64,000 bases of DNA, taken from the sequence record PX994957.1. One strand, written 5' to 3'. Of the stretch, positions 35,121 through 45,341 are shown in pieces. The notes below the pieces were generated by a model. It saw only the letters and a program-made list of their open reading frames with translations. It had not been told where the DNA came from and did no database searches. The translations under genes were made by a program, and so were the position numbers. Position 1 is the stretch's first letter; each line of letters begins with the position of its first letter. The DNA is from a phage.

Positions 35121-36080
35121 TCACTTCCACTGCATTTCACATGCTAATTGAATGAAAAGATAAGCTAAATGCAATTCAGTATTAGCTGCAATACCATGAT
35201 ACTGATTATTTTCGCCGACAATTTCGTACATACGAATAATACTCTGTGGAGTTACACGTGAATAGATTTCTTCGGCAAGTTTACCCACGAACCACGAATA
35301 ATCGGCTGCATATTTTGGTGCTAAAGCTCTGAGTTGTTTAACATCTTTATTTTTGAGAGACTCAAGAACATCATCAATAGCACCACGATCGTTAGTAACC
35401 AGTGATAAAATACCAGCATCCAAAACACCTTTAGATGAATAACTATCGAGCTCGCCAATAGTTTTACGAAAATCAGGAAAATTCTTTTTAACCAAAGCTG
35501 CTACAACTTTCATATCAGCTATAGCAATTCCTTCATGCTTGCAGATTTCAGTCAATCGACGAATCATCTGCTTCATCATTTCAATTTTATCTTCATCGGT
35601 CGGTTGACCGAACGTAATAACTCGGCAGCGTGACTGAAGTGGTTTAATAATACCATCAATATTGTTAGCAGTAATAATAATACTACAGTTTGAACTATAA
35701 GCTTCCATAAAGGAACGAAGATGTCGCTGAGACTCTGCTAGCCCTGAACGGTCAAATTCATCAATAACGATTACTTTTTGACGACCATCAAATGAAGCTG
35801 CGCTGGCAAAATTAGTCAAAGGACCGCGAACGAAATCAATTTTACAATCTGACCCATTCACAAACATCATATCAGCATTTACATCATGACACAATGCTTT
35901 TGCTACAGTTGTTTTACCTGTTCCTGGAGAAGGAGAATGAAGAATAATATGTGGAATCTTACCTTTACTTGTAATAGATTTAAAGGTTTCTTTATCAAAG
36001 GCGGGAAGAATACATTCATCGATAGTAGATGGACGATATTTCTGTTCAAGAATGTGTTCTTTTTCATTTACGGTAATCAT
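35121..36080 (-). CDS. 44: gp44 clamp-loader ATPase (AAA+)
   Basis: 319 aa from ATG 36080 (SD GAGGAAATT), equal to T4 gp44; Walker [10 protein letters not shown]. Confidence 0.9.
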
Positions 36081-36115
36081 AATTTCCTCATTCAAGTTTT
36101 AGTGTAAATTATAAA

Positions 36116-36127
36116 GGGCCGAAGCCC
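36116..36127 (-). other. UUCG-loop hairpin between 45 and 44
   Basis: GGGC CGAA GCCC after gp45 stop. Confidence 0.45.
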
Positions 36128-36131
36128 TCTA

Positions 36132-36818
36132 TTAAAAATCGTGGGTAGAATCAGCTTCAAGAGCTACTACATAATTCGCGTGTTCACCTTCAAATTTAGC
36201 AGCACCTTGTTTACCTTTTGCCCAGAGCAGAAGTTTATAATTTCCTGGTTGCATTTTCATATTTGCCATATTGATAATGAAATTAAATGTATTTTCACCA
36301 TCATAATCACCAAGAGTCAAAGAATATTTAACACGGGTCAGAGCAGAATCTTCTACTTTATTAAAACCGTTAATTACGATTTTACCTTCTTTTACCGTGA
36401 TAGCAATTGTATCAATTTGCAGACCACGAGATACACGCAACAGTTGTTGAAGGTCTTCAGCTTTAATTTCAGTAACAACAGATGCTACCGGGAATGGAAT
36501 TGGTTTATTAGGAGCAACTACTGTACTCGGATCGGCTGCTGGCCAAAAAATTGTTGAACGAGCATCAGCAATTTTAATATTTCCATCTTCTGACTGGGAA
36601 ATTTCTGCATCATCATTAACTAGAGACAGAATACCGAGAAAACCGTTCAAATCGTAAATTGCTACATCAAAATCAATAACGTCAGAAATATTTGCTTCCG
36701 CATAAGTTGTACCATTAACTGCTCGAGTCATAATAAATTGACCGGATTTAAGCATAATACCAGAGTTAATAGTAGCGAAATTTTTCAGCAGAGCAGTAGT
36801 ATCTTTAGACAGTTTCAT
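36132..36818 (-). CDS. 45: gp45 sliding clamp
   Basis: 228 aa, equal to T4 gp45; SD AAGGAAATTAC. Confidence 0.9.
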   Translation of the reverse strand: MKLSKDTTALLKNFATINSGIMLKSGQFIMTRAVNGTTYAEANISDVIDFDVAIYDLNGFLGILSLVNDDAEISQSEDGNIKIADARSTIFWPAADPSTVVAPNKPIPFPVASVVTEIKAEDLQQLLRVSRGLQIDTIAITVKEGKIVINGFNKVEDSALTRVKYSLTLGDYDGENTFNFIINMANMKMQPGNYKLLLWAKGKQGAAKFEGEHANYVVALEADSTHDF

Positions 36819-36849
36819 GTAATTTCCTTCAATTCAAATGAGATTTAAT

Positions 36850-36873
36850 TTTATAATTAATTTAATAAAGCAA
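36850..36873 (-). promoter_or_regulatory. MotA-dependent middle promoter for gene 45
   Basis: MotA box TTGCTTTA (36866-36873) with A/T-rich -10 (TATAAA/TAAAAT) 10-12 nt downstream. Confidence 0.5.
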
Positions 36874-37263
36874 TTAACGATTAAAATCAGCCGCAATTGT
36901 TTCAGCAACAATTTGAGCAGCAACAATTAGACGTTCATCTGCATTACCGCAATAATCATCTTCAAGACGTTCACCGCATGAAGTCATAATAAATTTAGCA
37001 CCGGCGTTTAGGGATTCTGTAGTATGTTTGCGCATTAGTTCAATCCATTTATTACTTACTTCACGATCGATAGCTTCATAATACGCATGACGAGCAGGTG
37101 CAGATTTAATTTTGTTCTGAATAACTTCCATTGCGTTATCAGAAAGAGACAAAACCCATGCTCGACGAATTTTATTTTGGTTTTGTGGATTTGATTCAGA
37201 ACGCACGTGTTTTGGCTGAATATCTTTTACATCAACAGTATAATTCACAGTAATTTTAGTCAT
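36874..37263 (-). CDS. rpbA: RpbA RNA-polymerase-binding protein
   Basis: 129 aa, equal to T4 RpbA; between 46 and 45. Confidence 0.75.
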
Positions 37264-37272
37264 AATACACCT

Positions 37273-37461
37273 TTAGTCATAATAATCAGTAACAGTCCAA
37301 GCTTCATTTCTATTGGACATTATTTTTGTATATTCTGCTTTAAATGCATTCCTAAGCATAGATTCAGTAACTATATGCTCTTCATTAGAAAAATTATTTC
37401 TCAGAATATATCGTTTTATTTCAGGAATAGTTAATAGATGTTGTCCAGTTGAATATTCCAT
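37273..37461 (-). CDS. hypothetical protein (45.2-type)
   Basis: 62 aa; ATG 37461 with SD GGAGGAAAAAC. Confidence 0.55.
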   Translation of the reverse strand: MEYSTGQHLLTIPEIKRYILRNNFSNEEHIVTESMLRNAFKAEYTKIMSNRNEAWTVTDYYD

Positions 37462-37478
37462 GTTTTTCCTCCACAGAG

Positions 37479-37502
37479 ATTATACTCTAATAAATTAAAG
37501 CA
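37479..37502 (-). promoter_or_regulatory. MotA-dependent middle promoter
   Basis: MotA box aTGCTTTA, 11-nt spacer, TATAAT (37479-37484); inside inverted repeat GAGATTAT / ATAATCTC. Confidence 0.5.
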
Positions 37503-37516
37503 TAATCTCTTATAAA

Positions 37517-39199
37517 TTAAACCATTACAGTAAATCGACCAACTTTCTTCATTTGAAGGTGCTGACCATATGCTTGTGGGTCATGGTCTCTATGCGAAAT
37601 AACAAAAACATTAGTATTTTTTAAACTATCTAAAATAGTTGAAATAGCTTTTACACCTTCAACATCGGTCGCTGAATCAAAAACTTCATCAAGAATTAGT
37701 GTGTTTATTTTAACACCTGAAACTTTTTCAGCAATATCACGCCAAGTAAATAAAAGAGCAATATCAATTCGTGCTTTTTCACCTTGACTGAATGAAGCAT
37801 AACTAAAATCTTCACGACCACGGGATTTAATTGTCTCATTAAATTCTTCATCTAATGTAAACACATAATCCGCTTCCATTATTTTAAGATAATGGTTAAT
37901 CTGCTTATTAAATAATGGAATGTACTTTTTAATAATAGCACCTTTAATACCAGAATCTTTGAGCATATCAGTCAAAATTCCTCGGTGGTATTTTTCCATT
38001 ACTAAATTAGTTTTTGTCTTAACAATTTTATCAAGTTCTTCTTGAAGCAATGCTATTTCATCAGCATGGTCAATAAACTCAGAAGATGCTTTTTCTATAG
38101 CCGCTTTAACTTTTTTAGCTTTATCTACCGTCGTGATTAGAGATTGCTTTTTATTGCGAATATCATTTGCCAACGACTGCTGGGTTTTAATATTATCTCG
38201 GTATTCATCAACAAGAACTTTTAAATTATCACGGTGTGTTGAAAGCTGTTCAAATGAATGCGTACATTCAGAAACTTTATCTTTAATTTTAGAAACAACT
38301 TTATCACCGGAACTTAATTGTGACAAACAGGTTGGACATAATCCACCTTCGTGATACATATTAATGACTTTATTATACGAGTCAATTTTTGATTTAATTA
38401 AAACTGCTTCTTGACCGATTTTATTAAATGCATCAGTCGGGTCTTCATCCAAAACAATATTAACTAATCTTTCATTAGCTTCTTCTATTTCCGATTTTAG
38501 CGTTCTAGCTTCTTTTGCCAAATCATCATACATATTCTGCAGACGAGTAAGGTTGTCACCAGACAATTTTTTCTGGCGTTCAACATTATCATTATATATT
38601 TTAATTTGTTGGATAATACTATCTTTTTTAACATCAAGCACTTGGTTTTGTGAATTTAATTCACGTATTAGTGCTTTATTAAGCTTATCCATTTCAGCTA
38701 ATGTTCCTACCTCAAGCAGGTCTTCCACAAGCTTTCTTCGTGCAGGGGTCGACAAACCCATGAAAGGGGTATACCCTGCTGTACCAAGGACAACAATCTG
38801 CTTGAAACTGGCATATGACATTCCGATAAGCTGTTCAAATTCTGCTTGGAAATCTTTACTGCTGGCAGATTCATTAAGACGTGTACCGTTAACGGTGATT
38901 TCGAAAACGTTTGGTTTTTGTCCTCTTTTGATATAGTACTTTTTCTCATCATATTCCATCCACAGTTCAACTAAAAGTTCTTTCTTATTTGTGCTGTTTA
39001 TTAATTGACCTTTCTTTACATCACGAAATGGCTTACCAAAAAGCCCAAATGTGATGGCTTCTAGCATAGTAGACTTACCGCCGCCATTTCGTCCAGTAAT
39101 AAGAGTTTTTTGAACCTTATCTAATTGAATGTCAATAGGATTTCCACCTACTGACATTATATTTTGATACCTAACTCGGTTTAGTTTAAAATTCTTCAC
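37517..39199 (-). CDS. 46: gp46 recombination nuclease subunit (SbcC/Rad50-like ATPase)
   Basis: 560 aa, equal to T4 gp46; Walker A GRNGGGKST; coiled-coil middle; GTG start behind SD AAAGGAA. Confidence 0.9.
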   Translation of the reverse strand: MKNFKLNRVRYQNIMSVGGNPIDIQLDKVQKTLITGRNGGGKSTMLEAITFGLFGKPFRDVKKGQLINSTNKKELLVELWMEYDEKKYYIKRGQKPNVFEITVNGTRLNESASSKDFQAEFEQLIGMSYASFKQIVVLGTAGYTPFMGLSTPARRKLVEDLLEVGTLAEMDKLNKALIRELNSQNQVLDVKKDSIIQQIKIYNDNVERQKKLSGDNLTRLQNMYDDLAKEARTLKSEIEEANERLVNIVLDEDPTDAFNKIGQEAVLIKSKIDSYNKVINMYHEGGLCPTCLSQLSSGDKVVSKIKDKVSECTHSFEQLSTHRDNLKVLVDEYRDNIKTQQSLANDIRNKKQSLITTVDKAKKVKAAIEKASSEFIDHADEIALLQEELDKIVKTKTNLVMEKYHRGILTDMLKDSGIKGAIIKKYIPLFNKQINHYLKIMEADYVFTLDEEFNETIKSRGREDFSYASFSQGEKARIDIALLFTWRDIAEKVSGVKINTLILDEVFDSATDVEGVKAISTILDSLKNTNVFVISHRDHDPQAYGQHLQMKKVGRFTVMV

Positions 39200-39459
39200 A
39201 AAAGATTCCTTTTAATGTATCTTTTAGACCATTCTATCATATCATCATAATCTAAAAAGTATTCATCAAATTCAGCCATGCAAACAACACCTTGTGCTGT
39301 TTTTGATGTAATATAAATTATTCCAACATATCTAGAATCTTCTTCGGTATAATCAATATTTGCTATGAATTCATCATTAATGTCAAATGTCGAAAACTTC
39401 ACAATATGCATCCTTAATACAAGATACAGCCATATCTCGTAATGATTTAGGTGTGTCAT
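39196..39459 (-). CDS. hypothetical protein (46.1-type)
   Basis: 87 aa; overlaps upstream ORF by 77 nt in another frame; start uncertain. Confidence 0.4.
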   Translation of the reverse strand: MTHLNHYEIWLYLVLRMHIVKFSTFDINDEFIANIDYTEEDSRYVGIIYITSKTAQGVVCMAEFDEYFLDYDDMIEWSKRYIKRNLL

Positions 39460-39646
39460 TATCTAAAATGTTGAAGTTAAAAGATACAGCCCAGTCAGTG
39501 CAGACCGTAACCTTTTTAATACAATTATCTTCAACCTCTAGCGGTTCAAACCAATATTCAATAATTTCTTTATGACCAATATCATCTTTTACTTCGCATT
39601 CAAAATGCTGACTCATCATAACATTTTTAAATTCATCAAAAGTCAT
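39383..39646 (-). CDS. hypothetical protein (46.2-type)
   Basis: 87 aa; ATG 39646 overlaps gp47 stop (ATGA). Confidence 0.5.
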   Translation of the reverse strand: MTFDEFKNVMMSQHFECEVKDDIGHKEIIEYWFEPLEVEDNCIKKVTVCTDWAVSFNFNILDNDTPKSLRDMAVSCIKDAYCEVFDI

Positions 39647-40662
39647 TGTGTTGCCTCTACATATAACTGATTTGCATATTGAATAAGTGCTTCACGGTCA
39701 GAATCAGTGATGTCTGGAATTGCATTAATGTATTCTTCCATCAACGTCTGAAGAGATTGAACTTCAACTTCTTCACTGTCATCTGACTCGACAAAGTTAT
39801 CAATCTTTGACACAACTCGTAATGAATGCACAACTTTTTCTAGTTCAGATTCGAACTTCGTTAGATTTTTGTCTACTTCAGTTACTATAACACGTACTGA
39901 TAGATTTGTAAAATCTTTATAGTCAATTTTTCCTTTAAATGGATAATGAATTCTACGATGCCAGGTAGTATTGTTTGGAATAAATTCCATTCGTTCTGTT
40001 TCTGTATCAAACATCCAGAACCCACGAGGGTCATTCTCGTCACCTGCAGTTAGTGTCCATGGTGTCCCAATATATCTAACGTTAGCAGCCTCAGAGATAG
40101 TATGGAAGTGACCAGACCACACTTCTTTATAAGTCTTAAGGAAATCAGGTTCAAGACCATGAGATTTCATTCCTTTATAAAAATAAAATCCATTCAGTTC
40201 CCAGTGACCAACACAAAAAGAAGCAGATGAAGTTTTGATGTGTTCAAGAATTTCACCAGTATTTTCTTCACACATCCAAGGAATTAAATCAATTAAACAT
40301 CCGTCAAAATCTACTGTAGTAGGCTTATCATATACTTTAACATTAGGATATTTAGCCAAAAGCTCAGTAGAAGCATTTGGATGCATTACATTTTTGTAGT
40401 GAAGATCGTGATTTCCTACAATAGTATGTAGGGTAATACCAGCATCATCAAGCATTTGAACTATTTCACGAGCAAATTCCATAGTTTTATGCGTGATCGC
40501 TTTTCGCACATCAAAAATATCACCGTATTGAATCCATACCGTAATTCCATTTTTCTTAGAATATTCTATCGCTTGCTTAATTCCATCAATTTGAATACCG
40601 CGAATCCACTCATCATCAGCTTTAACGCCTAAATGCCAATCACCTAAATTTAAAATTTTCAT
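39643..40662 (-). CDS. 47: gp47 recombination nuclease subunit (SbcD/Mre11-like)
   Basis: 339 aa, equal to T4 gp47; phosphoesterase motifs DWH, GDIFD, GNHD. Confidence 0.9.
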   Translation of the reverse strand: MKILNLGDWHLGVKADDEWIRGIQIDGIKQAIEYSKKNGITVWIQYGDIFDVRKAITHKTMEFAREIVQMLDDAGITLHTIVGNHDLHYKNVMHPNASTELLAKYPNVKVYDKPTTVDFDGCLIDLIPWMCEENTGEILEHIKTSSASFCVGHWELNGFYFYKGMKSHGLEPDFLKTYKEVWSGHFHTISEAANVRYIGTPWTLTAGDENDPRGFWMFDTETERMEFIPNNTTWHRRIHYPFKGKIDYKDFTNLSVRVIVTEVDKNLTKFESELEKVVHSLRVVSKIDNFVESDDSEEVEVQSLQTLMEEYINAIPDITDSDREALIQYANQLYVEATQ

Positions 40663-40799
40663 ATATCAAGAACCGTCGTTGAAATGCAAAATAAAATTAT
40701 TGAAATAAACCCATCTGGTGTGCTAAAGAACCCAATCCAACATGCTCTAGTGAATAGATAAAATGCGAGAAAAAGTATCACATATCCAAGAAATATCAT
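40660..40799 (-). CDS. 46-aa hydrophobic peptide (47.1-type)
   Basis: stop overlaps gp47 ATG (ATGA); MIFLGYVILFLAFYLFTRACWIGFFSTPDGFISIILF; absent from ORF track. Confidence 0.4.
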
Positions 40800-40822
40800 T
40801 ATATCAAACTCTGTATAAAGCT

Positions 40823-40840
40823 AAAGGGCCGAAGCCCTTT
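40823..40840 (-). terminator. UUCG-loop hairpin after a-gt
   Basis: AAAGGGC CGAA GCCCTTT overlapping a-gt stop, followed by U/A-rich tract. Confidence 0.5.
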
Positions 40841-42041
40841 ATTTTGTAATAATGTCAAACTGTTCTTTAAAGCAGAAGCTTGAATCTTGATGCTGATACA
40901 AAAATTCATAAGCTTTTTCGCGTTCGCGGTCATAAAGAGTTCGGTCAGATGACAGTTCTTTAATACGTTCAAATGTTGATTCCATGTCATTTTCATCAAA
41001 CCAAATGATACCGCTATCATGCGAGGTCAAAGGAGTATTATCAACACGGAATTTTAAATTTTCGCCAGTAGATTTCCAAAATACCGGAATTGTTCCACAT
41101 GCACCAAGCTCGAGATGAGTATATTCTAAAGAACGTTGTAGATATTTTTTGTCCAACTTACTCAGCTGATAACCAAATCCGGATTTACTCATACGTTCAA
41201 GCATTTCGCTATTTACATAACGGTCAAGAATTTGCGTTGGCAAATTAGGAGCAATTTTAATTTGGTCTACTTGATGAAGACGATAATACTCGTATGGAAT
41301 TCCTTTTTCTTTAATAGGAATGAACGCTGGAGAACGTTCCAGACCTTCCATAATAGTACTTAGTCCTGCAGGTTTAAGATGTTTTTCATGAAAATCAAAC
41401 ATCTGATAAAAACCTTTCCATGTAGTCGTACGACCAATCCAACGGTTAACATTCATGTTAATTTCAGAAACATCTTTCCAGTAGGTTGATCGAACCTTCG
41501 CAATATCCATAGGAGGCTGAAAGTTATATACTGTCGGTGCTTCTTCAATATCATCAAACAGAGAAACAGTTTCTGGATACCATTCTTTCATCAGAACTTT
41601 ATTAAAATCACCATTATCAGAATGGCTAAAAATAACATCAGCTCGACGAACAGTTTCTTCTAATCCCAAATTTCGGCGCAAAGAAAGAGAAGAATGGTCA
41701 TGTTGATAAACTACAACACGAACCGAAGGTTTAATGTTATCAATAATTTTTTTATAGTTATTAATAGTGTCTTCTTCAACTGAAGTAGCAGGAACTGAAT
41801 TGATAATTAGAATATCACAATCATTTACCAGCTTAAGTGTTTTATCATATTCTTTTGCCAATAAAACCGGAATTGAAAATGATTTATAATCATGCGCGCA
41901 ATTACGAGTAAATGATTTATCTTTAGCATAAACCAAAGTCACTTCATGACCATTTTTAATAAACCAATCACGTTGCTCGAGTGAGAATTTTGTTACACCA
42001 CAACCTTCAAGACCTCGAGCCATAAAAATACATACTTTCAT
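40839..42041 (-). CDS. a-gt: alpha-glucosyltransferase
   Basis: 400 aa, equal to T4 a-gt; N-terminus ICIFMARGLEGCGVTKFSLEQRDWFIKNGHEV as recalled. Confidence 0.92.
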   Translation of the reverse strand: MKVCIFMARGLEGCGVTKFSLEQRDWFIKNGHEVTLVYAKDKSFTRNCAHDYKSFSIPVLLAKEYDKTLKLVNDCDILIINSVPATSVEEDTINNYKKIIDNIKPSVRVVVYQHDHSSLSLRRNLGLEETVRRADVIFSHSDNGDFNKVLMKEWYPETVSLFDDIEEAPTVYNFQPPMDIAKVRSTYWKDVSEINMNVNRWIGRTTTWKGFYQMFDFHEKHLKPAGLSTIMEGLERSPAFIPIKEKGIPYEYYRLHQVDQIKIAPNLPTQILDRYVNSEMLERMSKSGFGYQLSKLDKKYLQRSLEYTHLELGACGTIPVFWKSTGENLKFRVDNTPLTSHDSGIIWFDENDMESTFERIKELSSDRTLYDREREKAYEFLYQHQDSSFCFKEQFDIITK

Positions 42042-42065
42042 TTAATATCCTCTTTGTTTTGGTTT

Positions 42066-42090
42066 ATTTTACCAAAAATTTATAAAGCAA
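42066..42090 (-). promoter_or_regulatory. MotA-dependent middle promoter for a-gt
   Basis: MotA box TTGCTTTA (42083-42090), 11-nt spacer, TAAAAT (42066-42071). Confidence 0.5.
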
Positions 42091-42094
42091 TATA

Positions 42095-42109
42095 GGAGCC
42101 GAAGCTCCT
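42095..42109 (-). other. UUCG-loop hairpin
   Basis: GGAGC CGAA GCTCC directly upstream of the MotA box. Confidence 0.45.
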
Positions 42110-42284
42110 ATCCACATAATACGCCATACAGAGGCTCGTTAGAACTTTTAAATTTTATGCGCTTATATTTTATAGTTCCTTCTGCTTTAGCTTTATCATG
42201 AGACTCTTTAAAGCGTCTCATCATTTCCTCTTTAGAGGAACGAACTTTATTATAATCTATTTCAGAAGTCTGGGTGTTCATCTT

Positions 42285-42488
42285 TCATAACTGCCACCAT
42301 TTTTTAACTTGATAAGAATCAACCCACACTTTCATATTAGGGTCTGCTCTTACAATAGGAGGATTAACTTCTTTAATTGAACTATCATGGTATTCTTTTT
42401 CAGAAATTTTCACACAAAGATGACCATTCAAAGATTCAGTAAATCCTGCATTAATTTTAAGACGCTTGAATTTTACATGCGTAAGCAT
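42285..42488 (-). CDS. hypothetical protein
   Basis: 67 aa from ATG 42488; overlaps upstream ORF by 32 nt. Confidence 0.45.
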   Translation of the reverse strand: MLTHVKFKRLKINAGFTESLNGHLCVKISEKEYHDSSIKEVNPPIVRADPNMKVWVDSYQVKKWWQL

Positions 42489-42774
42489 CAATCATATCCT
42501 CAATCTGTGATCTAGTAGTCTTCCAAAGAATACTAATAAGTTCATCGTTATATGGCTGTTTTAGAATATCCCGACTTTTCTTGATAGCATATTCGTATTG
42601 AGCAAAATTATTGTTTTCAGCTGCGATCTGAGCGTGCTTATAAAGACGATTCAGTTCGCGTTTGTTTTTAGACAATAACTTATTTGCTTTTCTTTCTGCT
42701 TCAAGACGGTTCTTTTCTTCAATAGAAGAAATAAGCTTTTCCACTTCATCATTAATTTCGGGTTTATCAGTCAT
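42457..42774 (-). CDS. hypothetical coiled-coil protein
   Basis: 105 aa; ATG 42774. Confidence 0.55.
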   Translation of the reverse strand: MTDKPEINDEVEKLISSIEEKNRLEAERKANKLLSKNKRELNRLYKHAQIAAENNNFAQYEYAIKKSRDILKQPYNDELISILWKTTRSQIEDMIDAYACKIQAS

Positions 42775-42775
42775 A

Positions 42776-42994
42776 TTATTTCTCTAATATAAAATAAAAA
42801 TCATCATCTGTTAAATGATACCGATAGTTTAATTCTACACCATTAGATTTAAAAGCGGTATCATACGGATTTTCTGGATCAATATCAATGTCAAGAGCTA
42901 AAACTTCCCTGAGATACATTTTAAGTAAATAGGGAATAGCTTCAACTTCAGGTATTTCTTCCAAGAATCCGGAGAGGTTAATTGTTAGCCTCAT
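42776..42994 (-). CDS. hypothetical protein
   Basis: 72 aa; ATG 42994. Confidence 0.5.
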   Translation of the reverse strand: MRLTINLSGFLEEIPEVEAIPYLLKMYLREVLALDIDIDPENPYDTAFKSNGVELNYRYHLTDDDFYFILEK

Positions 42995-43535
42995 ATAAAA
43001 AATCCAAACTAGGAGAATCGTCTACAACACTTTTCTTTTCAGCCCCCGGTGTTCTATAGGTTGATTCTTCGTAATGCGTCATTTTATCATAGATGTCTTG
43101 AATAAAAGTTTCATCTACTAACGCAACCATATCGTCGTCACGGCTGTCATAGACATTGTGAACGAAGTAACTATATTTCTTTGCAACTTCCTTACGTTCT
43201 TTTTTAATACGTTGGACGAATGCATTAAAACAAGCTTGAGTTATATATGCATGTGGGTTTTTATATTTCGTTTCATCAAAATTATGAAGCCCCTTAATAG
43301 AAGCTTCTATACCATCTGCAATCATTTCTTGTTTCCAAGACTGGGTGTATCCTGAAAAGTTGAAACGTTTAGATAAGCCTTCTGCAATAAGCATAATGGC
43401 TAATCCGATAGTATCATTCTGACGAACTACTTTATTTGGGTCTTTATTATTTGCTAATTCTGTTTTCCAATCAATAATAGCTTGTAAAAGCTCTTTATTG
43501 TTTACGTAATTATATTTAGGCTTAGTTTCTGACAT
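42978..43535 (-). CDS. 55: gp55 late sigma factor
   Basis: 185 aa from ATG 43535 (SD AAGAGGTG), equal to T4 gp55; [20 protein letters not shown]. Confidence 0.9.
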   Translation of the reverse strand: MSETKPKYNYVNNKELLQAIIDWKTELANNKDPNKVVRQNDTIGLAIMLIAEGLSKRFNFSGYTQSWKQEMIADGIEASIKGLHNFDETKYKNPHAYITQACFNAFVQRIKKERKEVAKKYSYFVHNVYDSRDDDMVALVDETFIQDIYDKMTHYEESTYRTPGAEKKSVVDDSPSLDFLYEANN

Positions 43536-43613
43536 TTTCACCTCTTAGCTCAATTCATAGATCTATTATATCATAATATTTGAAGATCTATCTTAAAGCA
43601 TAGAGGATATCAG

Positions 43614-43883
43614 TTATCTAAGTAAACAGTATGCTTGGAATACTTTCTCCATCATCTTTTTAAATTCATGAATATCTATATAATGACTAGTTAGATCAGC
43701 ATGATATAAAAAGTCTAAAAACTTTTCATGTGTACTAACATATTCACTTTCATTTAATTCAGAAACATGACTTTCCCAATATCCAACACCAGTCTTATTT
43801 GGGAAAAATGAAATTTTCATGTATTGGTCAACATAGAAAATGCCATAATTTTCAATAGTAATAGAAATATTAATAAATTTCAT
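43614..43883 (-). CDS. hypothetical protein (55.x-type)
   Basis: 89 aa; ATG 43883. Confidence 0.5.
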   Translation of the reverse strand: MKFINISITIENYGIFYVDQYMKISFFPNKTGVGYWESHVSELNESEYVSTHEKFLDFLYHADLTSHYIDIHEFKKMMEKVFQAYCLLR

Positions 43884-44095
43884 ACATTCATCAGCTTAGC
43901 CGCTCCAAGAGCTGCATCTAGTGAATCAAATTGGTCAACGTATTCAATCAATTCGCCGTAATTAGCGTATAACCACCATTGGCTAAATTCATACTCAAGG
44001 ATGAATCCATTTCCTTCAATTTGAGTTAAACCATTGCCGTTTGTATTTACTTCATATCCGGCAAGACGCAAATCGTTAATAAAAGCTTCGTTCAT
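43880..44095 (-). CDS. hypothetical protein (55.x-type)
   Basis: 71 aa; ATG 44095. Confidence 0.5.
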   Translation of the reverse strand: MNEAFINDLRLAGYEVNTNGNGLTQIEGNGFILEYEFSQWWLYANYGELIEYVDQFDSLDAALGAAKLMNV

Positions 44096-44097
44096 AA

Positions 44098-44424
44098 TTA
44101 TACCTTAGTAATTTTCAGGTCTGCAAATTTTTTCTTGCGTTGATTTTTCATGCGACGAATAGTTTTATCGGAAATTTCATGCTTTTGATAAGCTTTAGAT
44201 TCTACACCAAAAGCTTTAACATCAAATTCTGACAAGATATATTGAACCAACAATTCACGGACAGTATTGCGTCCAATTTTCTGATCATTCTGTTTCATCG
44301 TCTGATGAAGTTCTTTTTCCCATTTATCCAAAATTTGAGGAGTTACAATATCGCCTTTTTCTAGCAAAGAAACTACTTTATCATATGCGTAAGAATTGAT
44401 GGCGTTTTTAATTTGAATAGTCAT
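44098..44424 (-). CDS. hypothetical basic protein (55.x-type)
   Basis: 108 aa; ATG 44424 with SD GAGGATAATG. Confidence 0.55.
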   Translation of the reverse strand: MTIQIKNAINSYAYDKVVSLLEKGDIVTPQILDKWEKELHQTMKQNDQKIGRNTVRELLVQYILSEFDVKAFGVESKAYQKHEISDKTIRRMKNQRKKKFADLKITKV

Positions 44425-44464
44425 ACATTATCCTCAATTGCGTTAAAATTTTATTATCCAAAAA

Positions 44465-44480
44465 AAGGGCCGAAGCCCTT
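44465..44480 (-). terminator. intrinsic terminator
   Basis: AAGGGC CGAA GCCCTT followed on minus strand by UUUUUUGGAUAAUAAAAUUUU. Confidence 0.6.
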
Positions 44481-44679
44481 AGCTAAACTGTTTGGCACCC
44501 TTCCAGCCTTCGTACATCATTGCGACTGACAATGACAAAGCTCCTTCGCATGCTGCATACTTATTATTCCAGAACCAATTTAGAAAAACTTCATCCTCAA
44601 TACCATTGTGTTTCATGTTCTGGAAAAATTTGGCGCGTTCTTCACGAAGCTTTTGCGATAACATAGATTCAGGATTCAT
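44479..44679 (-). CDS. hypothetical protein
   Basis: 66 aa; ATG 44679 (TAAATG junction). Confidence 0.5.
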   Translation of the reverse strand: MNPESMLSQKLREERAKFFQNMKHNGIEDEVFLNWFWNNKYAACEGALSLSVAMMYEGWKGAKQFS

Positions 44680-44811
44680 TTAAATTTTCCAGTTACCGTT
44701 TTCATCAATAAATTTAATCCAGTCATTTACTGACCACTTAGTTGTATCGCCTTTTGGAGTAACATTTAAAGTATATAGCCCTTGCTTAAAAAGCATTCGT
44801 TTGATATTCAT
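44680..44811 (-). CDS. 43-aa hypothetical protein
   Basis: ATG 44811 with SD GAGGAAAAT; MNIKRMLFKQGLYTLNVTPKGDTTKW; absent from ORF track. Confidence 0.45.
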   Translation of the reverse strand: MNIKRMLFKQGLYTLNVTPKGDTTKWSVNDWIKFIDENGNWKI

Positions 44812-44818
44812 ATTTTCC

Positions 44819-45112
44819 TCAGCTGTAACGATAGCACTCGTTTGATTTACGCTTAGCAACTAGTTGAGAAGTATTATAATCAAAATCATCGTCAATGTAA
44901 ACTGATTTTTTCAACTTTCTTACTTCACCACGCAGTTGACGATTCAATTCATTCTTAACCTCTGAATCAACACCTCGCATACGTCGCCATTTATCTGAAC
45001 GAAAAATGTTTTCAACCATATCTTTATGACTTACCCCATCAGGAGCTTTACGCTTTCCGAAATAGTCATAATCACGAACTTTCAAGTCTTTACGACGATA
45101 CGTTTTACCCAT
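44819..45112 (-). CDS. hypothetical basic protein
   Basis: 97 aa from ATG 45112; track start is read-through across the upstream small gene. Confidence 0.5.
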   Translation of the reverse strand: MGKTYRRKDLKVRDYDYFGKRKAPDGVSHKDMVENIFRSDKWRRMRGVDSEVKNELNRQLRGEVRKLKKSVYIDDDFDYNTSQLVAKRKSNECYRYS

Positions 45113-45281
45113 GGAGTTTAATTTCCTTAGCAACTGAACTAAATACAGCACGATCACAAATCATACGTTTGTTCCATTTAATCACAGTATAATGAACATC
45201 TAAATCATCGACTGCTGTAACAATAACGATATGTCCGTTAGCACGATAGTACTGGTCAATTTTAATCTCTTTATCAACCAT
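45105..45281 (-). CDS. 58-aa hypothetical protein
   Basis: ATG 45281 with SD GAGGAATTGAT just downstream of early promoter; absent from ORF track. Confidence 0.5.
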   Translation of the reverse strand: MVDKEIKIDQYYRANGHIVIVTAVDDLDVHYTVIKWNKRMICDRAVFSSVAKEIKLHG

Positions 45282-45311
45282 ATCAATTCCTCAAAGGTAA
45301 TTCATATGTTA

Positions 45312-45341
45312 ATAATACCACGGTTTGAACTTCTTGTAAAC
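45312..45341 (-). promoter_or_regulatory. T-even early promoter
   Basis: GTTTAC (45336-45341), 18-nt spacer, TATTAT (45312-45317). Confidence 0.5.

Noticed and set aside
40799-41020. Minus-strand 73-aa ORF overlapping the 3' end of a-gt
   Set aside because: Lies in an alternative frame within the a-gt coding sequence; only its last codons could be the small 46-aa ORF called separately
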